A stretch of 64,000 bases of DNA from an uncultured Alphaproteobacteria bacterium. GTDB lineage: Bacteria; Pseudomonadota; Alphaproteobacteria; Rhizobiales; Xanthobacteraceae. Where the stretch lies: positions 8,704 through 72,703 of the forward strand of contig CAWHPH010000035.1 in the NCBI GenBank assembly GCA_963831135.1. Direction: 5' to 3'. A model generated the notes under the pieces. It did not search any database. It was not told the origin of the DNA and saw nothing but the letters and a program-made list of their open reading frames with translations. Within the stretch, counting starts at the first letter, position 1. Each line of letters opens with the position of its first letter. This document shows positions 37,873 through 48,604 of the stretch, piece after piece. The translations under genes and the position numbers were made by a program.

Positions 37873-38139
37873 TTATAGGTCCTCCAAGCGGACACCGCGG
37901 CCGGCACGCAGGCTCCGACGCGCCTTTTCAATTCGCTGCAAAAATCGCGGATCATTCTCCAGTCGATACTCGAACCAGTCGTCCTCGGATTTAAATCCGA
38001 TGAGGACGCCAGCCGGTTTGCCGTGCCGCGTGATGACGATATCCTCGTTCGCTGCTTCGCGGAGAAAATGCGAGAGCCCATCTTTCACTTCGGAGAGCGG
38101 GAGTTCCCTTACTCCGCGTTTCCGTGTTGGCTTAGCCAT
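37873..38139 (-). CDS. Phd/YefM-family antitoxin
   Basis: LSEVKDGLSHFLREAANEDIVITRHGKPAGVLIG. Confidence 0.8.
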   Translation of the reverse strand: MAKPTRKRGVRELPLSEVKDGLSHFLREAANEDIVITRHGKPAGVLIGFKSEDDWFEYRLENDPRFLQRIEKARRSLRAGRGVRLEDL

Positions 38140-38402
38140 GCTTCGGCCTCTGCTTTGCTGACGACCGCGAGAATCTCTACGGTCGAATTTGAGATATCGT
38201 AGAAGACGCGAACGTCGTCTACGCGCAATCTGTATTGCGGACGTGCAAGCCCGCGTAGCCTCTTGATCCGACTGCGGCTCGTCTTCGCCGGCTCATGCCG
38301 TAGATAGGTTTCGAGTGCCGCGCGAACGATTGCCCGGATATTGGCTTTAAGTCCTTTAAGATCTTCGACCGCTTCCGGAGCAAGTAAGATCGTGTACGGC
38401 AT
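38109..38402 (-). CDS. RelE/ParE-family toxin
   Basis: MPYTILLAPEAVEDLKGL...YRLRVDDVRVFYDISNSTVEILAVVSK. It lies upstream of its antitoxin and overlaps it by 31 nt. Confidence 0.8.
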   Translation of the reverse strand: MPYTILLAPEAVEDLKGLKANIRAIVRAALETYLRHEPAKTSRSRIKRLRGLARPQYRLRVDDVRVFYDISNSTVEILAVVSKAEAEAWLSQHGNAE

Positions 38403-38443
38403 TATAGCCGGATTATAGCCAGATTATAGCCAGATTACGCAGA
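38400..38443. repeat. 3.5 tandem copies of an 11-bp unit GATTATAGCCA filling the gap between the S24 gene stop and the toxin ATG
   Basis: cattatagccg / gattatagcca / gattatagcca / gattacgcaga. The minus strand reads TGGCTATAATC x2, then CGGCTATAATG, whose ATG is the toxin start. Confidence 0.9.
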
Positions 38444-38445
38444 AA

Positions 38446-39075
38446 CTACTGGCTCGCCCACAAAATCCGCGCGATCCACAGCACATCCTCGGCCGCGATG
38501 GTGCGGTCCTCGTGCTCGGCATTGAGCGAGCGAAGCTCGATCGATTGTGCGGTGCGGCGCTTGAGCTCCTTCGCCATTACTTCGCCGGCTCGGGTTTTCA
38601 CCACGACGCGGTCGCCGCGGCGGATCGGCGCCGACGGCGAGACCAGGATCACGTCGCCGTCGCGATAGGCCGGCTGCATCGACTGGCCGGAGATTTGCAG
38701 CGCATAGGCATGCTCGTCGGCGACTTCCGGAAAGGCGATTTGCTCCCAGCCTTCGCCTAAGGGAAAACCGGCATCGTCGAAATAGCCGCCGCTGCCAGCC
38801 TGGGCGAAGCCCAGGAGCGGCAGCGTCTTGGTGGCGCGTCCGTCGCTGGCACTAAGCAATGCGACGAACATGTCGACCGGCGTGCCGGTCGCCGCCAGCG
38901 CCTTGGCGATCGACTCGGTCGAGGGCCAACGCGCGCGGCCCTCCGCGGTCATGCGTTTGGATTTGTTGAAGGTGGTCGGATCGAGCCCGGCGCGGCGCGC
39001 GAGTCCGGAAGCCGACAGACCGGCGCGCTCTGCCAGACGATCGATCGCCGACCAGATCTGCGCGTGGGTGAGCAT
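38446..39075 (-). CDS. HTH + S24 peptidase (LexA/CI-like) repressor
   Basis: N-terminal HTH (LSASGLARRAGLDPTTFNKSK). C-terminal ISGQSMQPAYRDGDVILV...VVKT...AKEL. Confidence 0.8.
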   Translation of the reverse strand: MLTHAQIWSAIDRLAERAGLSASGLARRAGLDPTTFNKSKRMTAEGRARWPSTESIAKALAATGTPVDMFVALLSASDGRATKTLPLLGFAQAGSGGYFDDAGFPLGEGWEQIAFPEVADEHAYALQISGQSMQPAYRDGDVILVSPSAPIRRGDRVVVKTRAGEVMAKELKRRTAQSIELRSLNAEHEDRTIAAEDVLWIARILWASQ

Positions 39076-39242
39076 CGAAAGCCCCCGAAACCGCGGCTGC
39101 GATGATAGGAATGATTGCCTGCGTGCTCAAGTCCTGTCAGAAGTCGAGGAGCTTACGAGCTTGACGGGCAACCGCAGGCTGAACGCGCCTCCAAACGGGC
39201 GCCTCTGGCGCCGGTAGGGTCGCGGGACGCGAGGCGAAAGGC

Positions 39243-39587
39243 GTGACGACGATCTATAAGATCTGCGAGCGGGCAGCGTGGGAAGAGGCCGAGGCCGCCG
39301 GGCGGTTCGTCGGATCGCCCGCCGATAGCCGCGACGGCTTCATCCATTTTTCCACCGCCGCCCAGCTGCCGGGCACCGCGGCGAGGCATTTCGCCGGTCA
39401 ATCGGGTTTGATGCTGGTGGCGGTCGATGGCGACGCGCTCGGCGGCGCCTTGAAATGGGAACCATCGCGCGGCGGCGAGCTTTTCCCTCACCTTCATGCC
39501 GCGCTTCCATTGTCCGCGGTTTTGTGGGTATGCCCACTTGCCGACGAGCGCGAAGGGCGTCGGCCGCTGCCGGAGCTTGCCTCGTGA
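39243..39587 (+). CDS. DUF952 domain-containing protein
   Basis: IYKICERAAWEEAEAAGRF.GSPADSRDGFIHFST. GTG start. Confidence 0.75.
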   Translation: MTTIYKICERAAWEEAEAAGRFVGSPADSRDGFIHFSTAAQLPGTAARHFAGQSGLMLVAVDGDALGGALKWEPSRGGELFPHLHAALPLSAVLWVCPLADEREGRRPLPELAS

Positions 39588-40678
39588 TTGCTGCATTCGA
39601 GCGTCTCGTCCGGCCGCTCCTGCATGCGCTCGATCCGGAAGATGCTCATGCGCTCACGCTCAAGCTCTTGAAATTCGCACCTTTGCTGCCGGCGGTGCGC
39701 GACGACACGCGGCTGGCAGTGCGCGCCTTCGGCCTCAACTTTCCCAATCCGGTCGGCATGGCGGCGGGCTTCGACAAGAATGCCGAAGTGCCGGATGCGT
39801 TGTTCCGGCTCGGCTTCGGCTTTGTCGAGGTCGGCACCATCACGCCGCGGCCGCAAGCTGGGAATCCGCGCCCGCGCATCTTTCGCCTCGACGCGGACGG
39901 CGGCGTCATCAACCGGCTGGGCTTCAACTCGCAGGGCGCCGATACCGTTCTCAAACGGCTTGCGGCGCGCGCCGATGCCGGCGGCATTGTCGGGATCAAT
40001 GTCGGCGCCAATAAAGACTCGCCCGACCGCGTCGCCGACTATGTCGGGCTGATCGAACGCTTCGCCTCGGTCGCAAGCTACGTCACCGTCAACATCTCCT
40101 CGCCCAATACGCCGGGATTGCGGGCGTTGCAGCAGGCCACGGCGCTCGACGATCTTCTCGCCCGCGTGGTCGATGCGCGCGAGCGCGTGGCGCCGAATGC
40201 AGGGCCGACGCCGGTGCTGCTCAAGATCGCACCCGATCTCTCGCTCGCCGAGCTGGACGATGTGGTCGGCATCGCCCGGTCGCGCCGGGTCGATGGCATG
40301 ATCGTCGGCAACACGACGCTGGCGCGCCCGCCGAGCCTGCGGGAAACGAAGCTCGCCGGAGAGGCGGGAGGGTTGTCGGGCCGGCCGCTGCTGGCGCTCG
40401 CCACCCGCATGCTGGCGGAAACCTATGTGCGCGTGGAGGGCGTATTTCCGCTGATCGGGGCCGGCGGCATCGATTCCGGCGCGGCCGCGCTCGCCAAGAT
40501 CCGCGCCGGCGCGACGCTGCTGCAGCTTTATTCGGCGCTGGTGTTTCGCGGGCTTGGGCTTGTGGCCGAGATCAAATCGGCGCTCGTCACCGCGCTCGAA
40601 CGCGACCGCCTCGACCGCCTCGCCGAATTGGTCGGCGCCGACGCGGCCGCCGTCACCGCCGAGCCGTGGCCGGCATAA
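39584..40678 (+). CDS. pyrD: dihydroorotate dehydrogenase (quinone)
   Basis: GTGA overlap with the DUF952 stop. NPVGMAAGFDKNAEV, GFGFVEVGTITP, NISSPNTPGLR. Confidence 0.9.
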   Translation: MIAAFERLVRPLLHALDPEDAHALTLKLLKFAPLLPAVRDDTRLAVRAFGLNFPNPVGMAAGFDKNAEVPDALFRLGFGFVEVGTITPRPQAGNPRPRIFRLDADGGVINRLGFNSQGADTVLKRLAARADAGGIVGINVGANKDSPDRVADYVGLIERFASVASYVTVNISSPNTPGLRALQQATALDDLLARVVDARERVAPNAGPTPVLLKIAPDLSLAELDDVVGIARSRRVDGMIVGNTTLARPPSLRETKLAGEAGGLSGRPLLALATRMLAETYVRVEGVFPLIGAGGIDSGAAALAKIRAGATLLQLYSALVFRGLGLVAEIKSALVTALERDRLDRLAELVGADAAAVTAEPWPA

Positions 40679-41447
40679 TGGCCGCGCCATTGCCGTCGCC
40701 GCCTTCATCGAACCGCAAGGCGGCCGCGCCGGGCGTCGGCGCCAGCACCGGTTGCAAGACCGGCACCAGGCGGCGGCGCTCGCGCCGGGTCGGGATCGCA
40801 CGATAGACCTGCTTGGTCGCCTCGACGATGTGCACGCCGGCAAAGGGAGCGGAAATGGTGGAGCCGGTGCGCTCCCAGGCGACCGCCGAGCGCAGAAACC
40901 AGCCGCGCCCGACCGGCGGCACGTAAAGCGCTTCGCCCCAGCCGACGGGCGTGAACCAGGTCTCGCGCAGAAGATGGGTGAGCTGCGGGCGCGAATAGGG
41001 GCGGCCATGGCCGAACGGGGTCGTATCCATCCGCGCCCACAGCCCGCGCCGGTTCGGCACGACGGCGAGCAGGCGGCCCCCGCCGGCCATCACCCGCCAG
41101 ACTTCGCGCAACAGCCCGACCGGATCGGTCGAATTTTCCAGTGCATGCACCAGAAGCACGCGGTCGACCGCCGAATCGGTCAGCGGCAAGTCGTCTTCTT
41201 CGACGAGCGCCGCCAGCGCCGGTTTGGACGAGGGCCAGCGCACGACGCCCTGCGGGGCCGGCATCATGGCGAGACAGCGCTCGGCTTCTTCGCGAAACAG
41301 GCCGAGATAGGGTGTCGCGTAGCCGATCCCCAGCACGCGCAAGCCGCTCGTGTCGGTCCAATGCGTGCGGATGCCACGGCCAATGAAACGCCGGGCCACA
41401 ATGCCGAGCCGCTGAGCATAGAAGTTGCGCAGGTCAACGACGTCCAT
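40653..41447 (-). CDS. class I SAM-dependent methyltransferase
   Basis: VLGIGYATPYL...VDRVLLVHALE...GGRLLAVVPN. Confidence 0.7.
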   Translation of the reverse strand: MDVVDLRNFYAQRLGIVARRFIGRGIRTHWTDTSGLRVLGIGYATPYLGLFREEAERCLAMMPAPQGVVRWPSSKPALAALVEEDDLPLTDSAVDRVLLVHALENSTDPVGLLREVWRVMAGGGRLLAVVPNRRGLWARMDTTPFGHGRPYSRPQLTHLLRETWFTPVGWGEALYVPPVGRGWFLRSAVAWERTGSTISAPFAGVHIVEATKQVYRAIPTRRERRRLVPVLQPVLAPTPGAAALRFDEGGDGNGAAIMPATARR

Positions 41448-41611
41448 GACTGCAAATTAGCACGCCGTGGCGGAACGCGCGTGCATGCGCGAAGGCGGAA
41501 TCGATGACCGGCGACTTGCGGTTAATAAGATCGAATGCCTACGTTAGGGCTTGGCTTATGGATGCCAGGCGGGCCGGCATGCGGCCTTCGCCCCGGAATG
41601 ACGGAGTGGAC

Positions 41612-42379
41612 ATGCCGGCGCAGACCTATCTATTTCCCTGCCTTAAAGACAATTTTGGCGTTCTGCTGCACGATCCGGAAACCGGCGCGACCGCCTCGAT
41701 CGATGCTCCGGAGGCCGCGCCGGTCGAGGCCGCGCTGCAAAAGACCGGCTGGCGGCTGACCGATATCCTTGTCACCCATCATCATGGCGACCACACCGCC
41801 GGCATCGGCGAGCTCAAAGCCAGGCACAAATGCCGGGTGGTCGCGCCGCGCAACGAAGCGCAACGCATCGCGCATGTGGACGAGACCGTGGGCGAGGGCG
41901 ATGCCGTGAAGATCGGCGCGTTGCAAGGCCGCGTCATCGACACGCCCGGCCACACCGCCGGCCATGTCTCGTATTTCTTTCCGGCCGACAAGCTCGCCTT
42001 TGTCGGCGACACGCTGTTTTCGATCGGCTGCGGCCGCGTGATCGAAGGCGATCCGGAGATGATGTGGCAATCGCTGCTCAAGCTGCGCGGCCTGCCCGAC
42101 GACACGAAATTCTATTGCGGCCACGAATATACCGACGCCAACATTCGCTTCGCCAAGACCATCGAGCCCAATAACAAGGCGCTGGCGGCGCGCGCCGAAG
42201 AGGTCGCGCGGCTTTTGTCCGCCGGCAAGCCCACCATTCCGGCGACGATCGGGGCGGAGAAGGCGGACAATCCCTTTCTGCGCGCCGACGTCGCCGAAGT
42301 CGCGCAGTCGGTCGGTCTTGCCGGCAGCCCCGCCTGGAAAGTGTTCGCGGAAATCCGCGAGCGCAAAAACCGCTTCTAA
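41612..42379 (+). CDS. gloB: hydroxyacylglutathione hydrolase
   Basis: CLKDNFGVLLHD...VTHHHGDHTAG...TPGHTAGH. Confidence 0.9.
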   Translation: MPAQTYLFPCLKDNFGVLLHDPETGATASIDAPEAAPVEAALQKTGWRLTDILVTHHHGDHTAGIGELKARHKCRVVAPRNEAQRIAHVDETVGEGDAVKIGALQGRVIDTPGHTAGHVSYFFPADKLAFVGDTLFSIGCGRVIEGDPEMMWQSLLKLRGLPDDTKFYCGHEYTDANIRFAKTIEPNNKALAARAEEVARLLSAGKPTIPATIGAEKADNPFLRADVAEVAQSVGLAGSPAWKVFAEIRERKNRF

Positions 42380-42388
42380 AGATCGACT

Positions 42389-42823
42389 TTGACGACGCTT
42401 CTGACCGCCGCCGACATTATCCGGCTTCTGGATCTCAAGCCGCATCCGGAAGGCGGTCACTACCGCCAAACGTTTCAGGATAGCAAAACGGTGGACGGCG
42501 TCCGGGCGGTCTCGACAGCGATCTATTTTCTCTTGGCGCGCGGCGAGCGTTCGCATTGGCATCGCGTCGACGCCGCCGAAATCTGGCACTGGCATGCCGG
42601 CGCGCCGCTCGAGCTTGAAGTCGCCTCGGCGCCCGGACATCGCGAGCGCATCATGCTTGGCAGCGCTCTCGCCGCCGGCCAACGCCCGCAAGGCATCGTT
42701 CCCGCTCATGCCTGGCAGGCAGCGCGCTCGCTCGGCGACTGGACGCTGGTCGGCTGCACGGTGGCGCCGGGTTTCGAATTCGCCAAATTCGAGCTGGCGC
42801 CGAGCGGCTGGGAGCCGGGATAA
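42389..42823 (+). CDS. cupin (DUF985) domain protein
   Basis: LDLKPHPEGGHYRQTF...SHWHRVDAAEIWHWHAG. Confidence 0.75.
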   Translation: MTTLLTAADIIRLLDLKPHPEGGHYRQTFQDSKTVDGVRAVSTAIYFLLARGERSHWHRVDAAEIWHWHAGAPLELEVASAPGHRERIMLGSALAAGQRPQGIVPAHAWQAARSLGDWTLVGCTVAPGFEFAKFELAPSGWEPG

Positions 42824-42883
42824 GATCGGCTCTTGCGGTCGCAATAGGCGCGGCCGATGACGCGCCAAAAGCGGTCGTGAACG

Positions 42884-43558
42884 TTAGCGAATATCGTTGG
42901 GCAGCGTGGCGGGATTGACCGGCGTGAATGTCGCGCCGGCTCCTGATCGGCCGGTAAAGGCGGTGAACCCTTCCTTGGTGGCGACGATATCGCCGGGCCG
43001 CAAAGTCGGATCGGTCTTGACGTCCAGCGGCGCAAGACCGAATGCGTCCTTGCCATTGCAAGTGCACTTGTCCACCAGCTGCTTGCGGTATGCAAAGGCC
43101 GTGTCGAGATCGGCATAGCGCTGGCCGTCCTGCGCAACCGCGCCGGCGACCTCGGCGCCGAAAAACACCTTGGTCTTGCTGTAGGGGCAAATCGCACGGC
43201 AGGTTTCGGCCGGCGTCGCCTTGACGATTTGTTCCATCGGAAAATGGTGGCCGTCGCACAGCCGCACGCAGAAAGCGACCCCATGGCCGGTGGTGCCGCC
43301 GCCTTCACTGACGCTCTCGCGTCCGAGCGGCGCCGGCGCGATCCGCCCCGGCACCGGCGCAGGCGCCGGCGGATGGTCGTACGAATGCGACGGCGGCTCC
43401 CACCGTCGCGAGCCGCCGAACAGAAAATCAAAAAATCCTTCCTCGGCGCTGGCTGCGCGTGAGGCCATCATCGCCGATGCGGTCATCACGATGCCGACGA
43501 GCACCGTCGCCGCGCGGTAGTTCGCGCCTCCGTGCCGGTTGTGACAGCCCTTGCGCAT
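42884..43558 (-). CDS. DUF2865 domain-containing protein
   Basis: FCVRLCDGHHFP...CRAICPYSKTKVF. Confidence 0.7.
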   Translation of the reverse strand: MRKGCHNRHGGANYRAATVLVGIVMTASAMMASRAASAEEGFFDFLFGGSRRWEPPSHSYDHPPAPAPVPGRIAPAPLGRESVSEGGGTTGHGVAFCVRLCDGHHFPMEQIVKATPAETCRAICPYSKTKVFFGAEVAGAVAQDGQRYADLDTAFAYRKQLVDKCTCNGKDAFGLAPLDVKTDPTLRPGDIVATKEGFTAFTGRSGAGATFTPVNPATLPNDIR

Positions 43559-43802
43559 CGCAACACCAATTCGGCGGTAGCATTCAAAGTCGCGTCTGTC
43601 TGCTTGCAGATCCGTTTGCAGGCGCGGCGCCTCCGTTCAGATCTGACATTTTTGTTATTGTATCATCTTGGCGGCAATGTGCACCCCGTCCAAGGGCTAA
43701 GAACCGGCCAGCGAGGCTCGCGGAGTTTACCATCGGGCCGGCCACTTCAGGCCGGACTCGTCGGCTCGCGCCTCAGGATGACGGATCATAGACGAAGCGA
43801 AG

Positions 43803-44528
43803 CTAGGTAATATACTGGCCGCCATTGGCGGTGAGCGTCGAACCGGTGAGCAGGCCCGCATCGTCGGAGGCGAGAAACACCACGCAGCGTCCGATCTCTT
43901 CCGGTTCGCCGAGCCGGCCGATCGGAATCGTCGGCAGGATGCTCTTTTCCAGCACCTCTTTCGGCACCGCCTGCACCATCTCGGTGTTGATATAGCCCGG
44001 CGCGATCGCATTGACGGTAATGCCGACGCGCGCGCCTTCCTGCGCCAGCGCCTTGGTGAAGCCGATCTCGCCGGCCTTGGCCGCCGAATAATTGGTCTGG
44101 CCGAACTGGCCCTTCTGTCCGTTGATCGACGAAATGTTGATGATGCGGCCGAACTTGCGTTCGCGCATGCCTTCGATCACCTGGCGGGTCATGTTGAACA
44201 GCGAGCCGAGATTGGTGTTGATCACCGTCGTCCACTGCTCGGGCTTCATGCGATGAAGCTGCGCGTCGCGGGTAATGCCGGCATTGTTGACCAGCACGTC
44301 GACCGGCCCCAGATCGGCTTCGACCTGTTTCACGCCGGCGGCGCAGGCCTCGAACGAGGAAACGTCCCATTTGTAGACTGGGATGCCGGTCTCGGCCTTG
44401 AATTTCTGTGCCGCCTCGTCGTTGCCGGCGTAATTCGCCGCGACCTTGTATCCGGCGGCCTTCAGCGCCTTGGCGATGGCCGCGCCGATACCGCGGGTTC
44501 CCCCCGTCACGATTGCGACGCGTGGCAT
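43803..44528 (-). CDS. phaB: acetoacetyl-CoA reductase
   Basis: MPRVAIVTGGTRGIG...NYSAAKAG...; 241 aa. Confidence 0.9.
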   Translation of the reverse strand: MPRVAIVTGGTRGIGAAIAKALKAAGYKVAANYAGNDEAAQKFKAETGIPVYKWDVSSFEACAAGVKQVEADLGPVDVLVNNAGITRDAQLHRMKPEQWTTVINTNLGSLFNMTRQVIEGMRERKFGRIINISSINGQKGQFGQTNYSAAKAGEIGFTKALAQEGARVGITVNAIAPGYINTEMVQAVPKEVLEKSILPTIPIGRLGEPEEIGRCVVFLASDDAGLLTGSTLTANGGQYIT

Positions 44529-44656
44529 GATCTCCTCCCCTGATCTGTCCTCGTCATGCCCGGCTTCGCGAGCATCCACCTTGAATGTATTCCAAAATTA
44601 CATGGCCGGGACAAACCCGGCCATGATGCAGGTCAATTGAGATGCGGCTTTTGCGC

Positions 44657-45832
44657 TTACCGCTCCACGCAGAGTGCGATGCCCATGCCGCCGCCGATGC
44701 AGAGCGTCGCCAGACCTTTCTTCGCGTTGCGCTTTTGCATCTCGTAGAGCAGCGTGACCAGCACGCGCGCGCCCGAGGCGCCGATCGGATGGCCGATGGC
44801 GATGGCGCCGCCATTGACGTTGACCTTGGCGGTGTCCCAGCCGAGATCCTTGTTTACGGCGCAAGCCTGCGCGGCAAAGGCCTCGTTGGCTTCGATGAGG
44901 TCGAGGTCGTTGACGCTCCAGCCGGCCTTTTTCAGCGCCGCGCGCGACGCCGGGATCGGGCCGGTGCCCATGATCTTCGGGTCGACGCCGGCCTGGGCCC
45001 AGGACACGATGCGCGCCATCGGCGTCTTGCCGAGCTTGGCGGCTTCGCTCGCGCGCATCAGCACCATGGCGGCGGCACCGTCATTGATGCCCGAGGCGTT
45101 CGCTGCCGTGACAGTGCCTTCCTTGTCGAAGGCGGGGCGGAGCTTGCTGATCGTTTCCAGCGTGGTGCCGTGCTTGGGATATTCGTCGGTATCGACGACG
45201 ATGTCGCCTTTGCGGGTTTTCACCGTCACCGGCGCGATTTCGTCCTTGAACTTACCGGCTTTTTGCGCGGCTTCCGCCTTCTGCTGCGAACCAACGGCGA
45301 ACTCGTCTTGCTGCTGACGGGTGATCTGCCACTGGCGCGCGACGTTTTCGGCGGTGTTGCCCATGTGATAGCCGTTAAAGATATCCCACAGGCCGTCCTT
45401 GATCATGGTGTCGACCATCTCGAAATTGCCCATCTTCACACCGTTGCGCAGATGCGCGCAGTGCGGGGAGAGGCTCATCGATTCCTGGCCGCCGACCACG
45501 GCGATGTCGGAATCGCCGTTGGCGATCGCCTGGTAACCGAGTGCGACCGTCCGCAATCCGGAGCCGCAGACCTGGTTGACGCCCCAGGCCGGCACTTCAA
45601 TGGGAATGCCGGCCGCGATCGCGGCTTGGCGGGCCGGGTTCTGACCCTCACCGGCGGTGAGGATCTGCCCCATGATCACTTCGGACACCCGCGCGGGCTC
45701 GACGCCGGCGCGATCGATCGCCGCCTTGATGGCGACTTTCCCAAGTTCGTGGGCTGGCACGGTGCCAAATGCCCCGTTGAATGCGCCGACCGGCGTGCGT
45801 ACCGCGCCAACGATCACAATATCGTCCTTCAT
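44657..45832 (-). CDS. phaA: acetyl-CoA acetyltransferase (beta-ketothiolase)
   Basis: 391 aa. [31 protein letters not shown]. Confidence 0.92.
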   Translation of the reverse strand: MKDDIVIVGAVRTPVGAFNGAFGTVPAHELGKVAIKAAIDRAGVEPARVSEVIMGQILTAGEGQNPARQAAIAAGIPIEVPAWGVNQVCGSGLRTVALGYQAIANGDSDIAVVGGQESMSLSPHCAHLRNGVKMGNFEMVDTMIKDGLWDIFNGYHMGNTAENVARQWQITRQQQDEFAVGSQQKAEAAQKAGKFKDEIAPVTVKTRKGDIVVDTDEYPKHGTTLETISKLRPAFDKEGTVTAANASGINDGAAAMVLMRASEAAKLGKTPMARIVSWAQAGVDPKIMGTGPIPASRAALKKAGWSVNDLDLIEANEAFAAQACAVNKDLGWDTAKVNVNGGAIAIGHPIGASGARVLVTLLYEMQKRNAKKGLATLCIGGGMGIALCVER

Positions 45833-46082
45833 GGGAGGTCCTTTCGGAGGGTCATGCAGGTGATTAACGCGGGGTTGCCGCGGCTGACTTGATATATGTC
45901 ATAGGGACGCGACGGGCTGCCGACAAGCGGGGTAGGGCCGCATCGCAGCCATACGGCGACTGACCTGGCCCTTCGGCGCCTGGTGCCCAATTGGAAAGGC
46001 GCGTTCCGGGCCTCGCATAAAACGGTAGCCGTTCCGACAGAAAGCGCTTATTTTAGTTTCTGAAACGCGCGGTCAAAATGCC

Positions 46083-46700
46083 ATGCCAGAACCAATGACC
46101 AAGCCCCAAACGATGAATAAACCCGTCGAACCCATCACGATCAAAAAGTACGCCAACCGGCGGCTCTACAATACCGGCACCAGCACCTACGTCACGCTCG
46201 AAGACCTCGCCGCCATGGTCAAGACCGGCGAAGACTTCATCGTCTTTGACGCCAAGACCAGCGAGGACATTACCCGATCGGTCCTCACGCAGATCATCTT
46301 CGAGCAGGAAAACAAAGAGGGGCAGAATCTTCTGCCCATCACCTTCCTGCGCCAGCTCATTCGCTTCTACGGCGACAGCATGCAGATGCTGGTGCCGCGT
46401 TATCTGGAAGTCTCAATCGAGTCGCTGACGCGCGAGCAGGAAAAATTCCGGCACCAGATGGCGCAAGCGTTTGGGGTCGGCGCCTTCACCTCGCTCGAGG
46501 AGCAGGTGCGGCGGAACATGGAAATGTTCGAGCGCACCTTCGCCATGTTCGCGCCGTTTGCCCGGCGTGAGGGTCAGGCTGCCGCCGAAGCTGAGGCGGA
46601 AGCGGGCAAGGCGGCCGCCGGCAAGGGCGGCGACATCGACGATCTCAAGAAGCAGCTCGAGGAAATGCAGAAAAAAGTCGACCGCTTGTCGGAAAAATAG
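46083..46700 (+). CDS. phaR: polyhydroxyalkanoate synthesis repressor PhaR
   Basis: IKKYANRRLYNTGTSTYVTLEDLA. Divergent from phaA. Confidence 0.9.
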   Translation: MPEPMTKPQTMNKPVEPITIKKYANRRLYNTGTSTYVTLEDLAAMVKTGEDFIVFDAKTSEDITRSVLTQIIFEQENKEGQNLLPITFLRQLIRFYGDSMQMLVPRYLEVSIESLTREQEKFRHQMAQAFGVGAFTSLEEQVRRNMEMFERTFAMFAPFARREGQAAAEAEAEAGKAAAGKGGDIDDLKKQLEEMQKKVDRLSEK

Positions 46701-46730
46701 CGGCGACTGATTGTGATAGCTGCTTGCCTG

Positions 46731-46810
46731 CCGCTCATTCCCGCGAAAGCGGGAATCCAGCAGGTCGCCGCTGATGCGAGCAGCGCAGGATCCCCGCCTA
46801 CGCGGGGACG
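46731..46810. repeat. REP-like hairpins between convergent phaR and the EAL gene
   Basis: ATTCCCGC-gaaa-GCGGGAAT (46737-46756) and TCCCCGC-ctac-GCGGGGA (46791-46808). Confidence 0.7.
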
Positions 46811-46827
46811 AGCGGAATTGAAATGGA

Positions 46828-48604
46828 TCACATCGCCTTCGCCATTCCGCCGCTGAGCCACGGCCGTTCGGTCGAAGCCAGCCCCACCAGCACGCCCTGG
46901 ATGTAATCGCAGCCCCAGGATTCCAAGAGCTTCGCGGTCTGTTCGTCCTGCACCCATTCGGCGACGGTTGAGAGCTGCAGCCGCTTGCCGAGATCGATGA
47001 GCGTGTGCACGAAGGCGCGATCGTCTTCCGAACGGATCATGTTCTGCACGAAAGCGCCGTCGACCTTGACGATGTCAACGCCGAGCTTGCGCAAGTTGCG
47101 GAACGACGTATAGCCGGCGCCGAAATCGTCGATCGCGATGCGGCAGCCGAAATCCTTCACGCGGGCGACAAAGCCGCGGGTCTCGTCGATATCGTGGATC
47201 GCGGCGCTCTCGGTGATCTCGATGATCAGACGTTCCGCGACGCCGCTATGCGCGCGCAGCAGCGAACCGAGCCCAGCCCACCAATTGGGATCGGTTGTGG
47301 AGCCGGGCGAGACATTCACGCTCGCCTGCAAGGACGGCGTCGCGACCATTTCGTCGATCACGAGTTCGAGAACGCGATGGTCGAGCAAACGCACCAGGCC
47401 AAGGCGTTCGGCCACCGGAATGACCTCGCTGGCGCCCAGAAGACTGCCGTCGCTGCGGCGCACCCGCATCAGGCATTCGTAAAAGGCCGGCCGGCGGTCG
47501 GCCGTCCTTGCCACGGTCTCATAGGCCAGAAAGATCCGCCGTTCGTTGAGCGCGGCCACGATCTCGTCGGTGGCCCGGATATTTTCCCGGCGCTGCGCGT
47601 CGCGCTCGACATTGGGGCGATAAGCGAGAAACGAGCCGCGGCGCTTTCCCCTCGCCGCGCTGAGGGCCTCCTGGGCGCGTGCCAGCACGTCGGCAACGGT
47701 GCGCGCGTGGCGTGGCGCCGTCACCCCGCCGATCGTTACCGTCACCGCCACCGGACCTGAACTCGGTCTGCACCAATTCATCGCGCACCCCGGCCAAGAG
47801 CCGCTCGGCGGCGACCGCCATGTCGTCGGGCGTGCAATCCTTCAGCACCACCCCGAATTTGTTGCCCGAATAACGCCCGAGCGTATCGCGGCCGCGCATC
47901 AGGCTGCGGAGGCGCTTACTGACCACGCAGATCACCTGGTCGGCCGTATCGTATCCGTAGGACTCGTTGATCCCTCCCAGATTATCGATGGCGACCAGAA
48001 GGAAGCCGCAAGAGGAGCGAAAGCGCACGGCTTCTTCGAGCGTCTTCTCCAAGATTTCGGTCAGGTGATAGCGGTTGAACTCGCCGGTGAGCTCGTCGCG
48101 GCGGGCGAGGTGTTCGAGCCGGCGTTCCCGCTCGTAACGCTCGTTGATGACATGGATCGTGCCGTGCGCGCGCGCAGGCTTGCCGTCGGACCCGGCGAAC
48201 CAGCGGCCGGAATCCTCCACCCAAAGCCGGGTTTCCAAGCCCGGATCGGGGCGGATGGCGTATTGGATGCGATAGGTTATGCCCTGGCCTTGGTCGCGCT
48301 GGTCGGATTTGACGATCGCGTCGAACGGAGCCTGGCTGTTGTCGGGCTCGAGCAGCTGCGCGTAAGCGCGGCCGCTGGCGATCGCGCCGTTATCGCGGAT
48401 GAGCAACACGTCGGCGGCGTTCGCGCTCCAGGTCAGAACGTCGCTTGCGATGTCCCAGCGGTACAGCACTTCGCCGACCGAGGCGAGAATCTCTGACGCG
48501 TCCAGTCGCGCCGGCGCTCGCTGTTCGCCGGCAGCGCCGACCGAGGCGTTCGTTCGATTGAGGTCGGCGGAAAGATGGGGATCGCGCGAAGCCTTGTCGT
48601 TCAC
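46828..48604 (-). pseudogene. PAS-GGDEF-EAL signalling protein with one frame break near 47755-47780
   Basis: ORF 47519..48604 (RDELTGEFNR...GGINESYG...RYSGNKFGV) and ORF 46828..47781 (EAL part: LAYETV...FGAGYTSFRNL...VKVDGAF...QG) lie in different frames. Confidence 0.8.

Noticed and set aside
38400-38443. CRISPR-like array
   Set aside because: The 11-bp units are directly abutting with no spacers. No CRISPR array was seen anywhere in the window.
38446-39075. Canonical SOS LexA
   Set aside because: The HTH + S24 layout is present, but the N-terminus does not resemble the alphaproteobacterial LexA I recall. I saw no GTTC-N7-GTTC box upstream. I annotated it generically.
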